Positions 47,316-57,089 are shown, counted from the stretch's first letter. The stretch: DNA of 64,000 bases from an uncultured Clostridia bacterium (GCA_947625145.1 CANQNC010000001.1:74312-138311), one strand, 5' to 3'. Program-made: numbers and translations. Notes: generated from the sequence alone by a model not told the origin.

Positions 47316-47659
47316 CACTGAAACCTCTTTATCAATTCCATCAGCTCGTCCAGCACCGAGAGATTGTCCTGCTTTATGTTTTGTGTCACGCAGCTGCGAA
47401 GATGCCCTTCGAGTATCAAATTCGCCACACTCTTTATGGAGTTTGCCGCCGCGCTCAACTGAATGAGCACTTCGCCGCAATATCTGTCTTGATCCACCAT
47501 TCGCTTGATGCCGTTGAGTTGACCTATGATCTTGTTCAGCCTCGCGTCTATCGCGCGCTTTTCCTCTTCAGCGCGCGGGGATAAGCGAAGACGGCAATCG
47601 TCGCAGCTTCCTTCGCCGCAACATCCTAACGCATTGTTGTTTCCTAAACCTTCGTTCAT
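47315..47659 (-). CDS. csoR: CsoR-family copper-sensing repressor with a Cys-rich N-terminal extension
   Basis: DUF156 core (IDARLNKIIGQLNGIKRMV...YCGEVLIQLSAA...HLRSC). GGAGGAG lies upstream of the ATG at 47659. Confidence 0.85.
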   Translation of the reverse strand: MNEGLGNNNALGCCGEGSCDDCRLRLSPRAEEEKRAIDARLNKIIGQLNGIKRMVDQDRYCGEVLIQLSAAANSIKSVANLILEGHLRSCVTQNIKQDNLSVLDELMELIKRFQ

Positions 47660-47908
47660 AAAACTCCTCCTTATTATTGTCCTCTTCGCATTTATTATAC
47701 CCCCATGGCGTATATTGTCAAGTGTCTGAAAAAAATTAGAAAACAAAAATTTTCAAAAATTATAAATATGCATTTTTTGCGGGAAGCAAACGCCTTTGAA
47801 TTGAATTGTTGCGAATAATTATGTGCATAATTTTGGATATTTATGAATAAAACATACATTTTTGTTTATAAAACGCAAATTTTGTTTCAAAATTATACAT
47901 TCAATCGA

Positions 47909-47938
47909 TTGACAACGGTTTTCGGACGGTGCTATACT
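47909..47938 (+). promoter_or_regulatory. Sigma-A-type promoter of the glutamine synthetase gene
   Basis: TTGACA, 18-bp spacer, TATACT. Confidence 0.55.
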
Positions 47939-47971
47939 CCTCGCATTGAAAATTGTTTTCGGAGGTGTATT

Positions 47972-50059
47972 ATGACGTCTGTCAACTCGATTTTCGGCTC
48001 GATGGTGTTCGGCGACGATGTTATGAAGGAGAGGCTCCCCAAAGAGACCTACGTTGCTCTGCAACAGACCATCAAAAGCGGCGCCGCTCTCGACATTTCC
48101 ATTGCAAACGTGGTCGCAAGCGCGATGAAGGAATGGGCGATCGGCAAGGGCGCTACGCATTATACGCATTGGTTCCAGCCCATGACGGGCATCACCGCGG
48201 AAAAACACGACAGCTTCATCGCTCCCGCGGAGGGCGGCAAGGCTATCATGGAGTTTTCGGGCAAGACCCTTGTCAAGGGCGAACCCGACGCAAGCTCCTT
48301 CCCAAGCGGCGGGCTCAGGGCGACCTTCGAGGCGAGAGGTTACACGGCGTGGGATCCCACGTCCTACGCCTTTGTCAAGGACGGATGCCTCTATATCCCC
48401 ACCGCGTTTTGCTCGTACGGCGGGCAGGCGCTCGACAAAAAGACGCCTCTTTTGAGGTCCATGGAAGCGATCAATCGGCAGGCGCTCAGAGTGCTCAGGC
48501 TGTTCGGCAACACCGAAGCGCAAGCTGTCCGCACCACAGTCGGCCCCGAGCAGGAATATTTCCTCATAGACAAGGCGATGTACGACAGGCGCAGGGACCT
48601 CATCTACACGGGCAGGACGCTGTTCGGCGCGCGCGCTCCCAAGGGGCAGGAGATGGAGGACCATTATTTCGGCGCGATCAAGCCCCGCGTCAAGGCGTTC
48701 ATGCAGGAGCTTGACGAGGAGCTTTGGAAGGTCGGCGTTCTCGCCAAAACCGAGCACAATGAAGTCGCGCCCGCTCAGCACGAGCTTGCGCCCATCTTCA
48801 CGACGACCAATATCGCGTGCGATCACAATCAGCTGACAATGGAGCTGTTGAAAAACGTCGCCGCGCGCCACGGAATGGTATGCTTGCTTCACGAAAAACC
48901 CTTCGACGGCGTAAACGGCAGCGGCAAGCACAACAATTGGTCCATATCCACGGATACGGGCGTAAATCTGTTGGAGCCGGGGGATACCCCCGCGGACAAC
49001 GCGCAATTTTTGCTGTTTTTGACAGCGGTCATAAAGGCGGTCGACGAATATCAGGATCTGCTCAGGATCTCCGTCGCTTCCGCGGGCAACGATCACCGCT
49101 TGGGCGCAAACGAGGCGCCTCCCGCGATAGTGTCCATGTTTTTGGGGGACGAGCTTGACGGCGTGCTGACCGCCATAGAAAAAGGCGCCGCCTACGACGG
49201 CACAAAGCGCGGAAGCCTCGCGATCGGGGCGGACGTACTGCCCAAGCTGCCGAAGGACTCAACCGACCGAAACCGCACTTCACCGTTTGCTTTTACGGGC
49301 AACAAGTTCGAGTTCCGCATGTTGGGCTCCTCGGAATCCATCGCCTGCGCAAACATCATGCTCAACACCGCGGTCGCGGAAGCGCTGAGTTGTTTCGCGG
49401 ACGAGCTTGAGGGCGCAAAGGATTTCTCCGTCGCGCTCAACAAGCTGATAAGGCGCGAGATAAGCGCTCATCGCCGCATCATCTTCAACGGCAACGGCTA
49501 CAACGACGAGTGGGTCGCGGAGGCAGAGCGCAGAGGTCTTTTGAACCTCCGCACGACTCCCGACTGCCTCACGCACTATATGGATCCAAAAAACGTGCGT
49601 CTGTTCGAAAAGCACGGCGTGTTCACCGAGCAGGAGATGGCGGCGCGCCATGACATTATCCTCGAAAATTACTCAAAGACTCTCCTCATAGAGGCGCGCA
49701 CCATGGTGGATATGGCGACAAGGGACTATCTGCCCGCCGTCACCGCGTATGCGGGCAAACTCGCCGCCGACGTCAACGCGATCATGGCGCTCGGCGTCAA
49801 TGTCGAGGACAAAAAGGCGCTCATCGCCCGCTTGTGCGAGCTGTCCTCTTTGGCGTACGCCGACCTCGACGTCCTCTCCGCCGCGATCTCCCGCGTCGAA
49901 GCGATCTCCGACGTCACCGAGCGCGCCTTCATCGCCAAGGACGCCCTCCTTCCCGCCATGCAAACTCTCCGCTCTCACATCGACTCGCTCGAGGTCATCA
50001 CCTCACGTGAGGCGTGGGGGGTGCCGGGGTATGGGGATATGCTTTTCTCCGTCCGTTAA
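47972..50059 (+). CDS. glnA: Glutamine synthetase, type III
   Basis: 695 aa, the GSIII size class. [13 protein letters not shown] and N-terminal [17 protein letters not shown] are typical of GlnN-type enzymes. Confidence 0.85.
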   Translation: MTSVNSIFGSMVFGDDVMKERLPKETYVALQQTIKSGAALDISIANVVASAMKEWAIGKGATHYTHWFQPMTGITAEKHDSFIAPAEGGKAIMEFSGKTLVKGEPDASSFPSGGLRATFEARGYTAWDPTSYAFVKDGCLYIPTAFCSYGGQALDKKTPLLRSMEAINRQALRVLRLFGNTEAQAVRTTVGPEQEYFLIDKAMYDRRRDLIYTGRTLFGARAPKGQEMEDHYFGAIKPRVKAFMQELDEELWKVGVLAKTEHNEVAPAQHELAPIFTTTNIACDHNQLTMELLKNVAARHGMVCLLHEKPFDGVNGSGKHNNWSISTDTGVNLLEPGDTPADNAQFLLFLTAVIKAVDEYQDLLRISVASAGNDHRLGANEAPPAIVSMFLGDELDGVLTAIEKGAAYDGTKRGSLAIGADVLPKLPKDSTDRNRTSPFAFTGNKFEFRMLGSSESIACANIMLNTAVAEALSCFADELEGAKDFSVALNKLIRREISAHRRIIFNGNGYNDEWVAEAERRGLLNLRTTPDCLTHYMDPKNVRLFEKHGVFTEQEMAARHDIILENYSKTLLIEARTMVDMATRDYLPAVTAYAGKLAADVNAIMALGVNVEDKKALIARLCELSSLAYADLDVLSAAISRVEAISDVTERAFIAKDALLPAMQTLRSHIDSLEVITSREAWGVPGYGDMLFSVR

Positions 50060-50182
50060 AACCGCCTGTACGGGCGAATAGCTGCGTCAAGGGGGTTTGC
50101 CCTCGCCGTCATGTGCTAAGTGTACATTAGGCGCCTCGGGCAAACCCCCTTTCCTTGCTCTTCATCCCGTACAGGCGGTTTT
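50058..50182. repeat. Long imperfect hairpin repeat, copy 3 (starts inside the glnA TAA stop)
   Basis: AAAACCGCCTGTACGGG...AAGGGGGTTTGCCCTCGCCGTCATGTGC-TAAG-TGTACATTAGGCGCCTCGGGCAAACCCCCTT...CCCGTACAGGCGGTTTT. The arms differ from copy 2 but remain complementary. Confidence 0.9.
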
Positions 50183-50362
50183 AACTTATATATTTTTGTG
50201 GTTTCGGGCGAAATACTGCATCAAAGCTCACGTTTTAATATGATAGCTTGTGCGAGAGTTTCCCCGGGGCCCCCATCAAAACATGCAATGTTTTCATGGG
50301 GTGGGATTAGGCAGTTCTCCAAATGGGCTTTTCCTTGTCTTTCATCCCGTACAGACGGTTTT
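50183..50362. repeat. Module B copy followed by a direct duplicate of the copy-3 3' arm
   Basis: GGGCGAAATACTGCATCAAAGC...CCCCATCAAAACATGCAATGTTTTCATGGGG, then TTTCCTTGTCTTTCATCCCGTACAGACGGTTTT. Compare TTTCCTTGCTCTTCATCCCGTACAGGCGGTTTT at about 50150-50182. Confidence 0.8.
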
Positions 50363-50366
50363 ACGT

Positions 50367-50491
50367 AAAACGGCACTATTTGGCGCTATGCGTCGTCAAC
50401 AGCCATCTCCCTCGCCGTCGTGTACTTCATGTACACTAGGCGGTTCGGGAGAGGGCTGTTTCCTAGCCTAGCATCCAAATATCGCGGTTTT
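50367..50491. repeat. Long imperfect hairpin repeat, copy 4
   Basis: AAAACGGCACTATTTGGCGCTATGCGTCGTCAACAGCCATCTCCCTCGCCGTCGTGTACTTCATGTACACTAGGCGGTTCGGGAGAGGGCTG...CCAAATATCGCGGTTTT. Nearly identical to copy 2. Confidence 0.9.
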
Positions 50492-50692
50492 AATTTATAT
50501 ATTTTTATGGTTTCGGATAGGGCTTTCCCTTGCGCTAAAGATGGACGATTTATTAGAATAATATAAAAACCATCTCCTATGCCGCCTCACAGTTGTTGAC
50601 TTTTTCGTGTGAAGTAGTAAAATTTGAGGGGATAATGTTCATGGATCGGGTCGATCGATGAACTAAATTATTGTCGAGCGAGGGGTTTTGGC

Positions 50693-53464
50693 ATGAAAAA
50701 GAATTTTTTGAAGGTGTTTATCGTCACATTGTTTGTCGTCGTGCTTGCGGCGGCGCTTGTCGCTTGCAACGGCGGGGACAACGCGTCCGACAAAAAACCG
50801 TCGGGCGGAGGAAATCACGAAGAAGAACCGACTTCAAATGTGTTGACGGACGCGCAAATGGAGGACATGTTCGATTTGACGCTTGACGAAAAAGGATACG
50901 CGATCGGCAGATACATGGGATCCGTTGCCGACCTCGCTCTCCCTTCCACGTACAAAAACAAGCCGATCTACGCCATTGGGCAAGGAACGTTTAAGGATTG
51001 CGCGGTCTTGACGTCGATCGCGATTCCCGACAGCGTGCAAATCATAGGCGTAAAGGCGTTTTCGGGTTGTACGGGATTGAGGGAGATTATCGTCCCCGGC
51101 AGCGTGACAGACATTGGGGCGTACGCGTTCTTCGGGTGCGTCGGGTTGCGTACGGTGACGCTGTGCGAGGGCGTCAAAACCATAGCGCAGGACGCATTTT
51201 CCAACTGCTATGGATTGATGGAGATAGTTGTCCCCGAAAGCGTGAAAACAATAAGTTTCTCGTCGTTTGGAAACACCTACAAACTTGTGCATATACGCAA
51301 TCTGAGCGGCGCGGAGATATCGTCTCCCGCAACGGACGGCGAAGTTTTGACCTCGGCAAGCGCGGAGTTCAAAAACAAACTTGAAAAAGACGAGCACGGC
51401 ATTTGGACATACACCGTGGGCGAAAAGGTGTATGCCATTGATTATGAGGGGAAAGACGCAAATATTGATTTTTCATTGAACGACAAGATCAACACAATCT
51501 ATCCGAATGCATTTTATGAGCGTACGGATATAGAGTCCGTCGTCATTCCCGGCAATGTGAAAAACATATATGAGTATGCATTCGGGGGCTGTACGGGCTT
51601 GAGGACGGCGACGATAGGCGACGGAGTCTACTTTGTGGGAATGAATTTGTTTTCTCATTGCGTCAACTTGACTCAAATATACATCCCCGACAGCGTGCAA
51701 TTGATAAGCAACAACTCGTTCGAATATTGCAACAAACTTGTGCACATACGCAATCTGAGCGGTGTTGAAATATCTTCTCCCGCGGCGATAGGCGGTGAGG
51801 TCGTGACATCTGCGGACGAAGAGTTTCAAAACAAGCTCGAAAAGGACGAAAACGGCGTTTTGACATACACGGTCGGAAGTACGGTGTATGCGATCGGCAG
51901 TGATGGAACAAGCTCGAACATTTCATTGAACGGAAAGGTCAACGCAATTTATCCTTATGCCTTTTATAGGCACAACGAGTTGAAGGAGATCACGATACCC
52001 GAGGGTGTGCGATCCATAGGCAATTGTGCCTTCGATGGTTGCAACGAATTGCAAACCGTCAATTGGAACGCGGCGGATTGTGCAAGCTCGTACGCCTTCT
52101 TTGACAATTGCCCGCGACTTATGACCGTGAACATAGGCAACGGCGTGCAAAATATCCCCGCATACACATTCGAGGGTTGCGAGGAGTTGCGGACCGTGAC
52201 GATCGCCGTCGGTGTGAACAGCATAGGCGACAACGCTTTCAGCGGATGCCGAAATTTGACGGAGATAACCATTCCCGCAAGCGTGCAAAGCGTAGGAGAG
52301 GCGTTTGTCAACTGCCCCAAACTTGTGCACATACGCAATCTGAGCGGCGTTGAAATATCGTCTCCCGCAACGGACGGCGAAGTCTTGACCTCGGCGAACG
52401 CGGAGTTCCAAAACAAAATCGAAAAGGACGCGAACGGCATTTGGACATACGCCGTGGGCGACAAGGTTTACGTTTTCGGTTATGAAGGGACAAATTCGAC
52501 ATTGACTCTCGGCAGTGAGATCAACGCTATTTATCCGTATGCGTTCTACGAGTGCGCGGGTTTGAAGAAGATAGATTTTTCTGACGGCATCACAATCATT
52601 GGCGCGCACGCATTCGAGGGTTGCGCGGGCTTGAGAGAGATCGCCGTCCCCGTCCACGTGGAAACCATCGGGGACAGCGCGTTCAGAGATTGCACGCGTT
52701 TGAAGAAGGTCAACTGGAACGCGACGAATTGCATGACGGCGGGCAGCGAACACTATTTCATTTTTGAAAGGTGCGCGCAGCTTGAAACCGTCAATTTCGG
52801 TGCAAGCGTACAGATCATTCCCTCATATGCGTTCGAGGAGCGCTTGGGATTGAAAGAGATACTTATTCCCGACAGCGTAAAAACCATAGAAGGGTATGCG
52901 TTTGTCGATTGCGCAAACTTGCAGACGGTGACTATAGGCAAGGGCGTTGAAAGCATAGGAGAGGGAGCGTTTTACAATTGCTCAAGTTTGAGCGCGATAA
53001 CGATCCCCGAAAAAGTGACCGCCATTGCAGACAAGACGTTCTATTATTGCAAAAAGTTGACGGAAATAACCATTCCCGACAATGTGAAAACCATAGGAAA
53101 GGAAGCGTTTGCATATGCGGCTTTGCGGACAGTGACGATAGAGGACGGTGTGGAAAGCATAGGCGAGAGCGCGTTCTTGTATTGCACGGGGTTGAGGGAG
53201 ATCATCATTCCCGCAAGCGTGCAAACCATAGGCGGCGCGGCATTCAATTTTTGCACAGCAATGCAGATGGTGTATTATGGAGGCACAAGCGAGGATTGGG
53301 ACGAGATCTCGATAGGAAGTCCCGACGGATATTTGATCGGCGTAGAGCGCAGTTATTTCCGCGCGCAGGATCCGTATCAAAACGACACGGCGGCGGACGG
53401 CGAAGCATATTGGCATTGGGACGAGGACCATTCCGCGCCCGAAATGTGGGTCAAGCAGGATTGA
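50693..53464 (+). CDS. Surface lipoprotein with BspA-type leucine-rich repeats
   Basis: Signal peptide plus lipobox (LAAALVAC). More than 25 repeats of the pattern I.IP.SV..IG..AF..C..L. Confidence 0.85.
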   Translation: MKKNFLKVFIVTLFVVVLAAALVACNGGDNASDKKPSGGGNHEEEPTSNVLTDAQMEDMFDLTLDEKGYAIGRYMGSVADLALPSTYKNKPIYAIGQGTFKDCAVLTSIAIPDSVQIIGVKAFSGCTGLREIIVPGSVTDIGAYAFFGCVGLRTVTLCEGVKTIAQDAFSNCYGLMEIVVPESVKTISFSSFGNTYKLVHIRNLSGAEISSPATDGEVLTSASAEFKNKLEKDEHGIWTYTVGEKVYAIDYEGKDANIDFSLNDKINTIYPNAFYERTDIESVVIPGNVKNIYEYAFGGCTGLRTATIGDGVYFVGMNLFSHCVNLTQIYIPDSVQLISNNSFEYCNKLVHIRNLSGVEISSPAAIGGEVVTSADEEFQNKLEKDENGVLTYTVGSTVYAIGSDGTSSNISLNGKVNAIYPYAFYRHNELKEITIPEGVRSIGNCAFDGCNELQTVNWNAADCASSYAFFDNCPRLMTVNIGNGVQNIPAYTFEGCEELRTVTIAVGVNSIGDNAFSGCRNLTEITIPASVQSVGEAFVNCPKLVHIRNLSGVEISSPATDGEVLTSANAEFQNKIEKDANGIWTYAVGDKVYVFGYEGTNSTLTLGSEINAIYPYAFYECAGLKKIDFSDGITIIGAHAFEGCAGLREIAVPVHVETIGDSAFRDCTRLKKVNWNATNCMTAGSEHYFIFERCAQLETVNFGASVQIIPSYAFEERLGLKEILIPDSVKTIEGYAFVDCANLQTVTIGKGVESIGEGAFYNCSSLSAITIPEKVTAIADKTFYYCKKLTEITIPDNVKTIGKEAFAYAALRTVTIEDGVESIGESAFLYCTGLREIIIPASVQTIGGAAFNFCTAMQMVYYGGTSEDWDEISIGSPDGYLIGVERSYFRAQDPYQNDTAADGEAYWHWDEDHSAPEMWVKQD
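51281..52475 (+). repeat. Three intragenic super-repeats within the LRR gene
   Basis: About 155-bp near-identical blocks start at 51281, 51734 and 52319 (AAACTTGTGCA(T/C)ATACGCAATCTGAGCGG...). They encode KLVHIRNLSG.EISSPA..GEV.TSA..EF.NK.EKD..G..TY.VG..VY. Confidence 0.85.
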
Positions 53465-53531
53465 GAGACAAATCAAATGAAATTCGCAAAAGAGTAAGCA
53501 GACAAAGAAAAACTTAGACGTTTTCAGCAAA

Positions 53532-53557
53532 GGGAGAGCGGGAGGCTCTCCCTTTTG
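53532..53557 (+). terminator. Rho-independent terminator of the LRR lipoprotein gene
   Basis: GGGAGAGC-GGGAG-GCTCTCCC followed by TTTT. Confidence 0.8.
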
Positions 53558-53795
53558 CATAGAGGCGGAGGAGACTGAAATGGATTTTGTTGCCGACGTT
53601 GGGTTTTCAGTGTCCCGATTGGGTGGTTTGAGGTTTTTAGGACAAGTCCGCATGTGGCGCGTGAGAAACGCGAATTTTTTGGGCGTGCGCGGCGGTAAAA
53701 AGACAAAATGGCGCGGTGAGGCGTATCCGAGACAACAGAATATGGCAAATTGTTTTGATTTTGCGAGTTCACACAGAAAAAATTGATCGTATCCC

Positions 53796-53824
53796 TTGCA
53801 ATTTGGCGATGCAGGTGATATTAT
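53796..53824 (+). promoter_or_regulatory. Sigma-A-type promoter of the vWA/PP2C/kinase operon
   Basis: TTGCAA, 17-bp spacer, TATTAT, about 120 nt upstream of the ATG at 53944. Confidence 0.55.
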
Positions 53825-53943
53825 GATTATAGTTTTTTTTCGCAAATGAGGACCTTATCAAAAAAAACCCCGTTTGCGACATATATGGCCAAAGCGCCTG
53901 CAAGACGGCGCGCAAATATTGACAAAAAACGGAGGTAAAATTT

Positions 53944-54663
53944 ATGGCATTTCTTCAAGGAATGGGCTACAAACTTGACATTGTGTTTGTGATCGACTCC
54001 ACGGGAAGCATGGGCCCCATCATCAACGAGGTCAAGAGCAACGCGCTTACGCTCGGCGACAGACTCAAAGAAGGACTTGAGGCGGAAAGCAAGATGGTTT
54101 CCGAAATGAGAGTCAAGGTCGTTGACTTTGCGGACTACGCAAGCGAGGGCGACGAGGCGATCCGTCAAACCGAGTTCTTCTCTCTGCCCGATCAAAAGGC
54201 GCAGTTTGAGGCGGCGGTCAACGGCATCAACATCGACATGCGCGGCGGCGACATCCCCGAAAACGGACTTGAAGCGCTCTATTCTGCAATGTGCGCGGAT
54301 TGGGTGAAGATCAGACCGGGCGAGAAGGGCCGTCACATCATCATCGTCATGTCGGACGCGGTTCCTCTTCATCTGCATGAGAGAGACGGGAGCATCGGCT
54401 ATCCCAGCGAGGACATCCCCGCAGACGTCGCGGCGCTCGAGAGCATCTGGAGCGAGAAAGACGCGCAGGCGGCGAGCACCGAGCTCAACCCCAACGCAAA
54501 GCGCCTTATCCTCTTTGTGCCCGAAGGCAGAGACGCGGCGGGCCACACATGGGACACGCTTGCAACATGGGAAAACACGGTTCTCAACCCCATCAACCCC
54601 GCGGCGGGTCTTGGCGAAATAGATCTCGACGATATCATCAAAGAGGTTGTCAGGAGCTTCTGA
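53944..54663 (+). CDS. Small cytoplasmic von Willebrand factor A (vWA) domain protein, TerY-like
   Basis: MIDAS start LDIVFVIDSTGSMGP (DxTxS), later GGDIPENG and IIIVMSDAVP. 239 aa, no signal peptide. GGAGG RBS. Confidence 0.8.
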   Translation: MAFLQGMGYKLDIVFVIDSTGSMGPIINEVKSNALTLGDRLKEGLEAESKMVSEMRVKVVDFADYASEGDEAIRQTEFFSLPDQKAQFEAAVNGINIDMRGGDIPENGLEALYSAMCADWVKIRPGEKGRHIIIVMSDAVPLHLHERDGSIGYPSEDIPADVAALESIWSEKDAQAASTELNPNAKRLILFVPEGRDAAGHTWDTLATWENTVLNPINPAAGLGEIDLDDIIKEVVRSF

Positions 54664-54732
54664 TCGTTTGATGTCGTGCGGAAAGGCAGGCATGCCTTTC
54701 CGCACATTTTTTTAATACAGGAGGACAAATAT

Positions 54733-57045
54733 ATGCCCGTAAAAGAGCGAGAACTTGTAAGTCATCGCCCAAACGTCGCCTTCTTGGGGAAGCGCGACGG
54801 CGTGGGGAACAGCTTCCTCGATCTGTCCAAGGACAGATTGGTTGTTTTTTCCGAGAGGTCAGGCAACCTTTATAAGTACGGCGGAGACGCGTATCCCGTC
54901 GTGTGGGAGGAAGAGAAAAACGGCATAAAATACGGGCTGATCCTAGCCGCGGACGGCGTGGGACAGGGCGGATTTGTTCATCCGTCTCTCAAGCGCAGGC
55001 TCTGCGAGCTGATAAGCCGCGAATACGGCGATATGAAAAACGACGTCGAACTCTCGGACGAGGACAACAAGTTGATGCTCGCCGTTTTTTTGAAGGTCAT
55101 GTTCGACATCGAGCCCTTCTCCGCTGCGGAGAATGACGCGCATGACGCGCAGAGCAAAGAGGTGTTTGAATACGCGCTCCGTTGCTTCGCCGACGTGCCC
55201 GTGGGCGGATATTACGGCGGAAGAAAGCCGCTGAACAGCGCGGACGAGGACCAACAGGTCGTCACGCCTTTTTACAACAGAGACAGTCAGTCCCTTGCGT
55301 CGCGAATTGCTTGCGTTTGGATATATCAGCAATTCAGGACGTGGGCGCTTGACAAACATTTGACAAAATGGACGACAAAAGATGTCAACGAACTCAGAGA
55401 GTCCATCACCGACAGCATGTATCGGGATGACGAATCCTCTTTGAGCGGCAGGGTAAGACAGCTGTTCTCCTACGACGACGCGCCGAAGGAGGACAACCGC
55501 AACATATATTATCTGCCCGCCACGGTGGCAGCTTGGTTTTATATCGACGACGGCAAAAAGATATCCGCCGTCGCGCTCAACTGCGGGGACGCGAGATGCT
55601 ATAAGGTGGACCTCGCGGACGGCGTGAAGCAAATTTCTGACGACGACGTTGTGGACGGCGACAAGATGAGCGCGTTTGTGCACTTCGGCGTCACAAGAAG
55701 AAGCGCCGCAAACGGCTATGAGGGCTACTTCGATGGCACTTTCCGCGCCGCGATCGTCGAGCTTCAAGCTCCATGCGCGCTGTTTGCGTGCTCGGACGGC
55801 GTTTACGACACCTGCCCGCAGGAGTGGCTTGGGGAGCAGGAACGTCCGCTCGGATTTGAAAACGGAGATTGCAGCGATATCCTCTTTGAAAACAGAATGC
55901 TGAAGGCGTTCAAACGCGCCTACAGCCTTGACGACCTCGCAAGAGAGATCGTGTTCTCCTTCTACGGCCAAAACAGTCCGCACGGCTTGAAAAAGCAATT
56001 CTGCTTGGAATGGCAGGAAGCTGGCGCGGGCGAAAAGGTCAAAAAGGACGACAGCGGAACGTTTGCGGCAAAGCTGTTTTCCACGGACGGCGACCCCTTG
56101 CAACTTATGGAGAAGTTGCGCGAGGGGAAGGACGCCACCACGCTTGAAGTTTTGACGACGGTCGCGTATGAGAAAAACATTGCGTTTGTAAATCCGCACC
56201 TTCAAAGCTCGGAGGAGCAGAGCGCGGAAGAGTTTATGGAATTTGCAAGAGACGTCATCACAAACGGCGATTTTGTCGCGCTTCTGTCCGCAAGGATCCC
56301 GAAAGAGACTTTGATCGCAAAGCGCGGCGAGGGCATCGCGAGCTTTTGGGGCATAAACCTGCAAAAGGCAAATCTTGCGATCCCGTTCGGTCGCGTGCTG
56401 AAAGCGAACGCGGTCGGCATAATCAACTATTTGCTCGAACTGCATGAAAACGGAGAGGACGATCCCGAGATCGCCGCTGTCCTTGCAAAGTACAAGGTCG
56501 CGGAAAAGAAGGAGGAGTCTCAGCCCAAAATCAACTACGCCGTCGAGCGCGAACGCCTCAAATTCGAAACCATTCAGAAAGCTTTTTACGGCGATCTGCT
56601 GTTGAGGAAGGACAGATCCGACGTGATCGTGGACAGCGGCAGGCACGTAAGCGGGCTTGTGACCGAGATCGAGAATATCGAAAAGGGCTTGGCGGAACAG
56701 CAAGCGGCGGAAAGGGAAGCCCGTCTTGCCGCGGAACGCGCCGCAGACGAAGCCAAAAAAGAGGCGGAACGCGCGGCGGAAGCGGCAAGAAAAGCCGAGG
56801 AAGAGGCAAGACTTGCGGCAGAGCGCGCAGAGGAAGCAAGACGCGCGGCGGAAGGCGGCGCGCCCGCGTTCGAGTTCGAAGAGGAAGATCCCGAAAACGA
56901 AATGTCCGATTCATCCTTCCCCAAAAAGACGGGGCGCCCGAGTTGCGTCGGGGAGCGCAAGGCTCCGACCGAAGGTTCCGAGGGCGCAAGCGCGTTTACG
57001 ACTGTGACCGCAACGTCCACCGTCAAGGACGAAAACGAGGACTAA
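54733..57045 (+). CDS. PP2C-like Ser/Thr phosphatase with large inserts and an Ala/Glu/Arg-rich coiled-coil C-terminal region
   Basis: PP2C motif series: LILAADGVGQGG (DGxGG-like), ALNCGDARCY (GDSR-like), LFACSDGVYD (SDG), KKDDSGTFAA (DN.T-like). AGGAGGA lies upstream of the ATG at 54733. Confidence 0.7.
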   Translation: MPVKERELVSHRPNVAFLGKRDGVGNSFLDLSKDRLVVFSERSGNLYKYGGDAYPVVWEEEKNGIKYGLILAADGVGQGGFVHPSLKRRLCELISREYGDMKNDVELSDEDNKLMLAVFLKVMFDIEPFSAAENDAHDAQSKEVFEYALRCFADVPVGGYYGGRKPLNSADEDQQVVTPFYNRDSQSLASRIACVWIYQQFRTWALDKHLTKWTTKDVNELRESITDSMYRDDESSLSGRVRQLFSYDDAPKEDNRNIYYLPATVAAWFYIDDGKKISAVALNCGDARCYKVDLADGVKQISDDDVVDGDKMSAFVHFGVTRRSAANGYEGYFDGTFRAAIVELQAPCALFACSDGVYDTCPQEWLGEQERPLGFENGDCSDILFENRMLKAFKRAYSLDDLAREIVFSFYGQNSPHGLKKQFCLEWQEAGAGEKVKKDDSGTFAAKLFSTDGDPLQLMEKLREGKDATTLEVLTTVAYEKNIAFVNPHLQSSEEQSAEEFMEFARDVITNGDFVALLSARIPKETLIAKRGEGIASFWGINLQKANLAIPFGRVLKANAVGIINYLLELHENGEDDPEIAAVLAKYKVAEKKEESQPKINYAVERERLKFETIQKAFYGDLLLRKDRSDVIVDSGRHVSGLVTEIENIEKGLAEQQAAEREARLAAERAADEAKKEAERAAEAARKAEEEARLAAERAEEARRAAEGGAPAFEFEEEDPENEMSDSSFPKKTGRPSCVGERKAPTEGSEGASAFTTVTATSTVKDENED

Positions 57046-57089
57046 CAAACCAAATCCACAATTCATAAAACCAAAACGAGGAGATAAAA

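Noticed and set aside
50120-50471. ORFs of 73-82 aa inside the repeat block after glnA, and the 82-aa ORF at 20703-20951.
   Set aside because: They are read through the palindromic repeats, and the same DNA occurs in other intergenic positions in either orientation. There are no translation signals.
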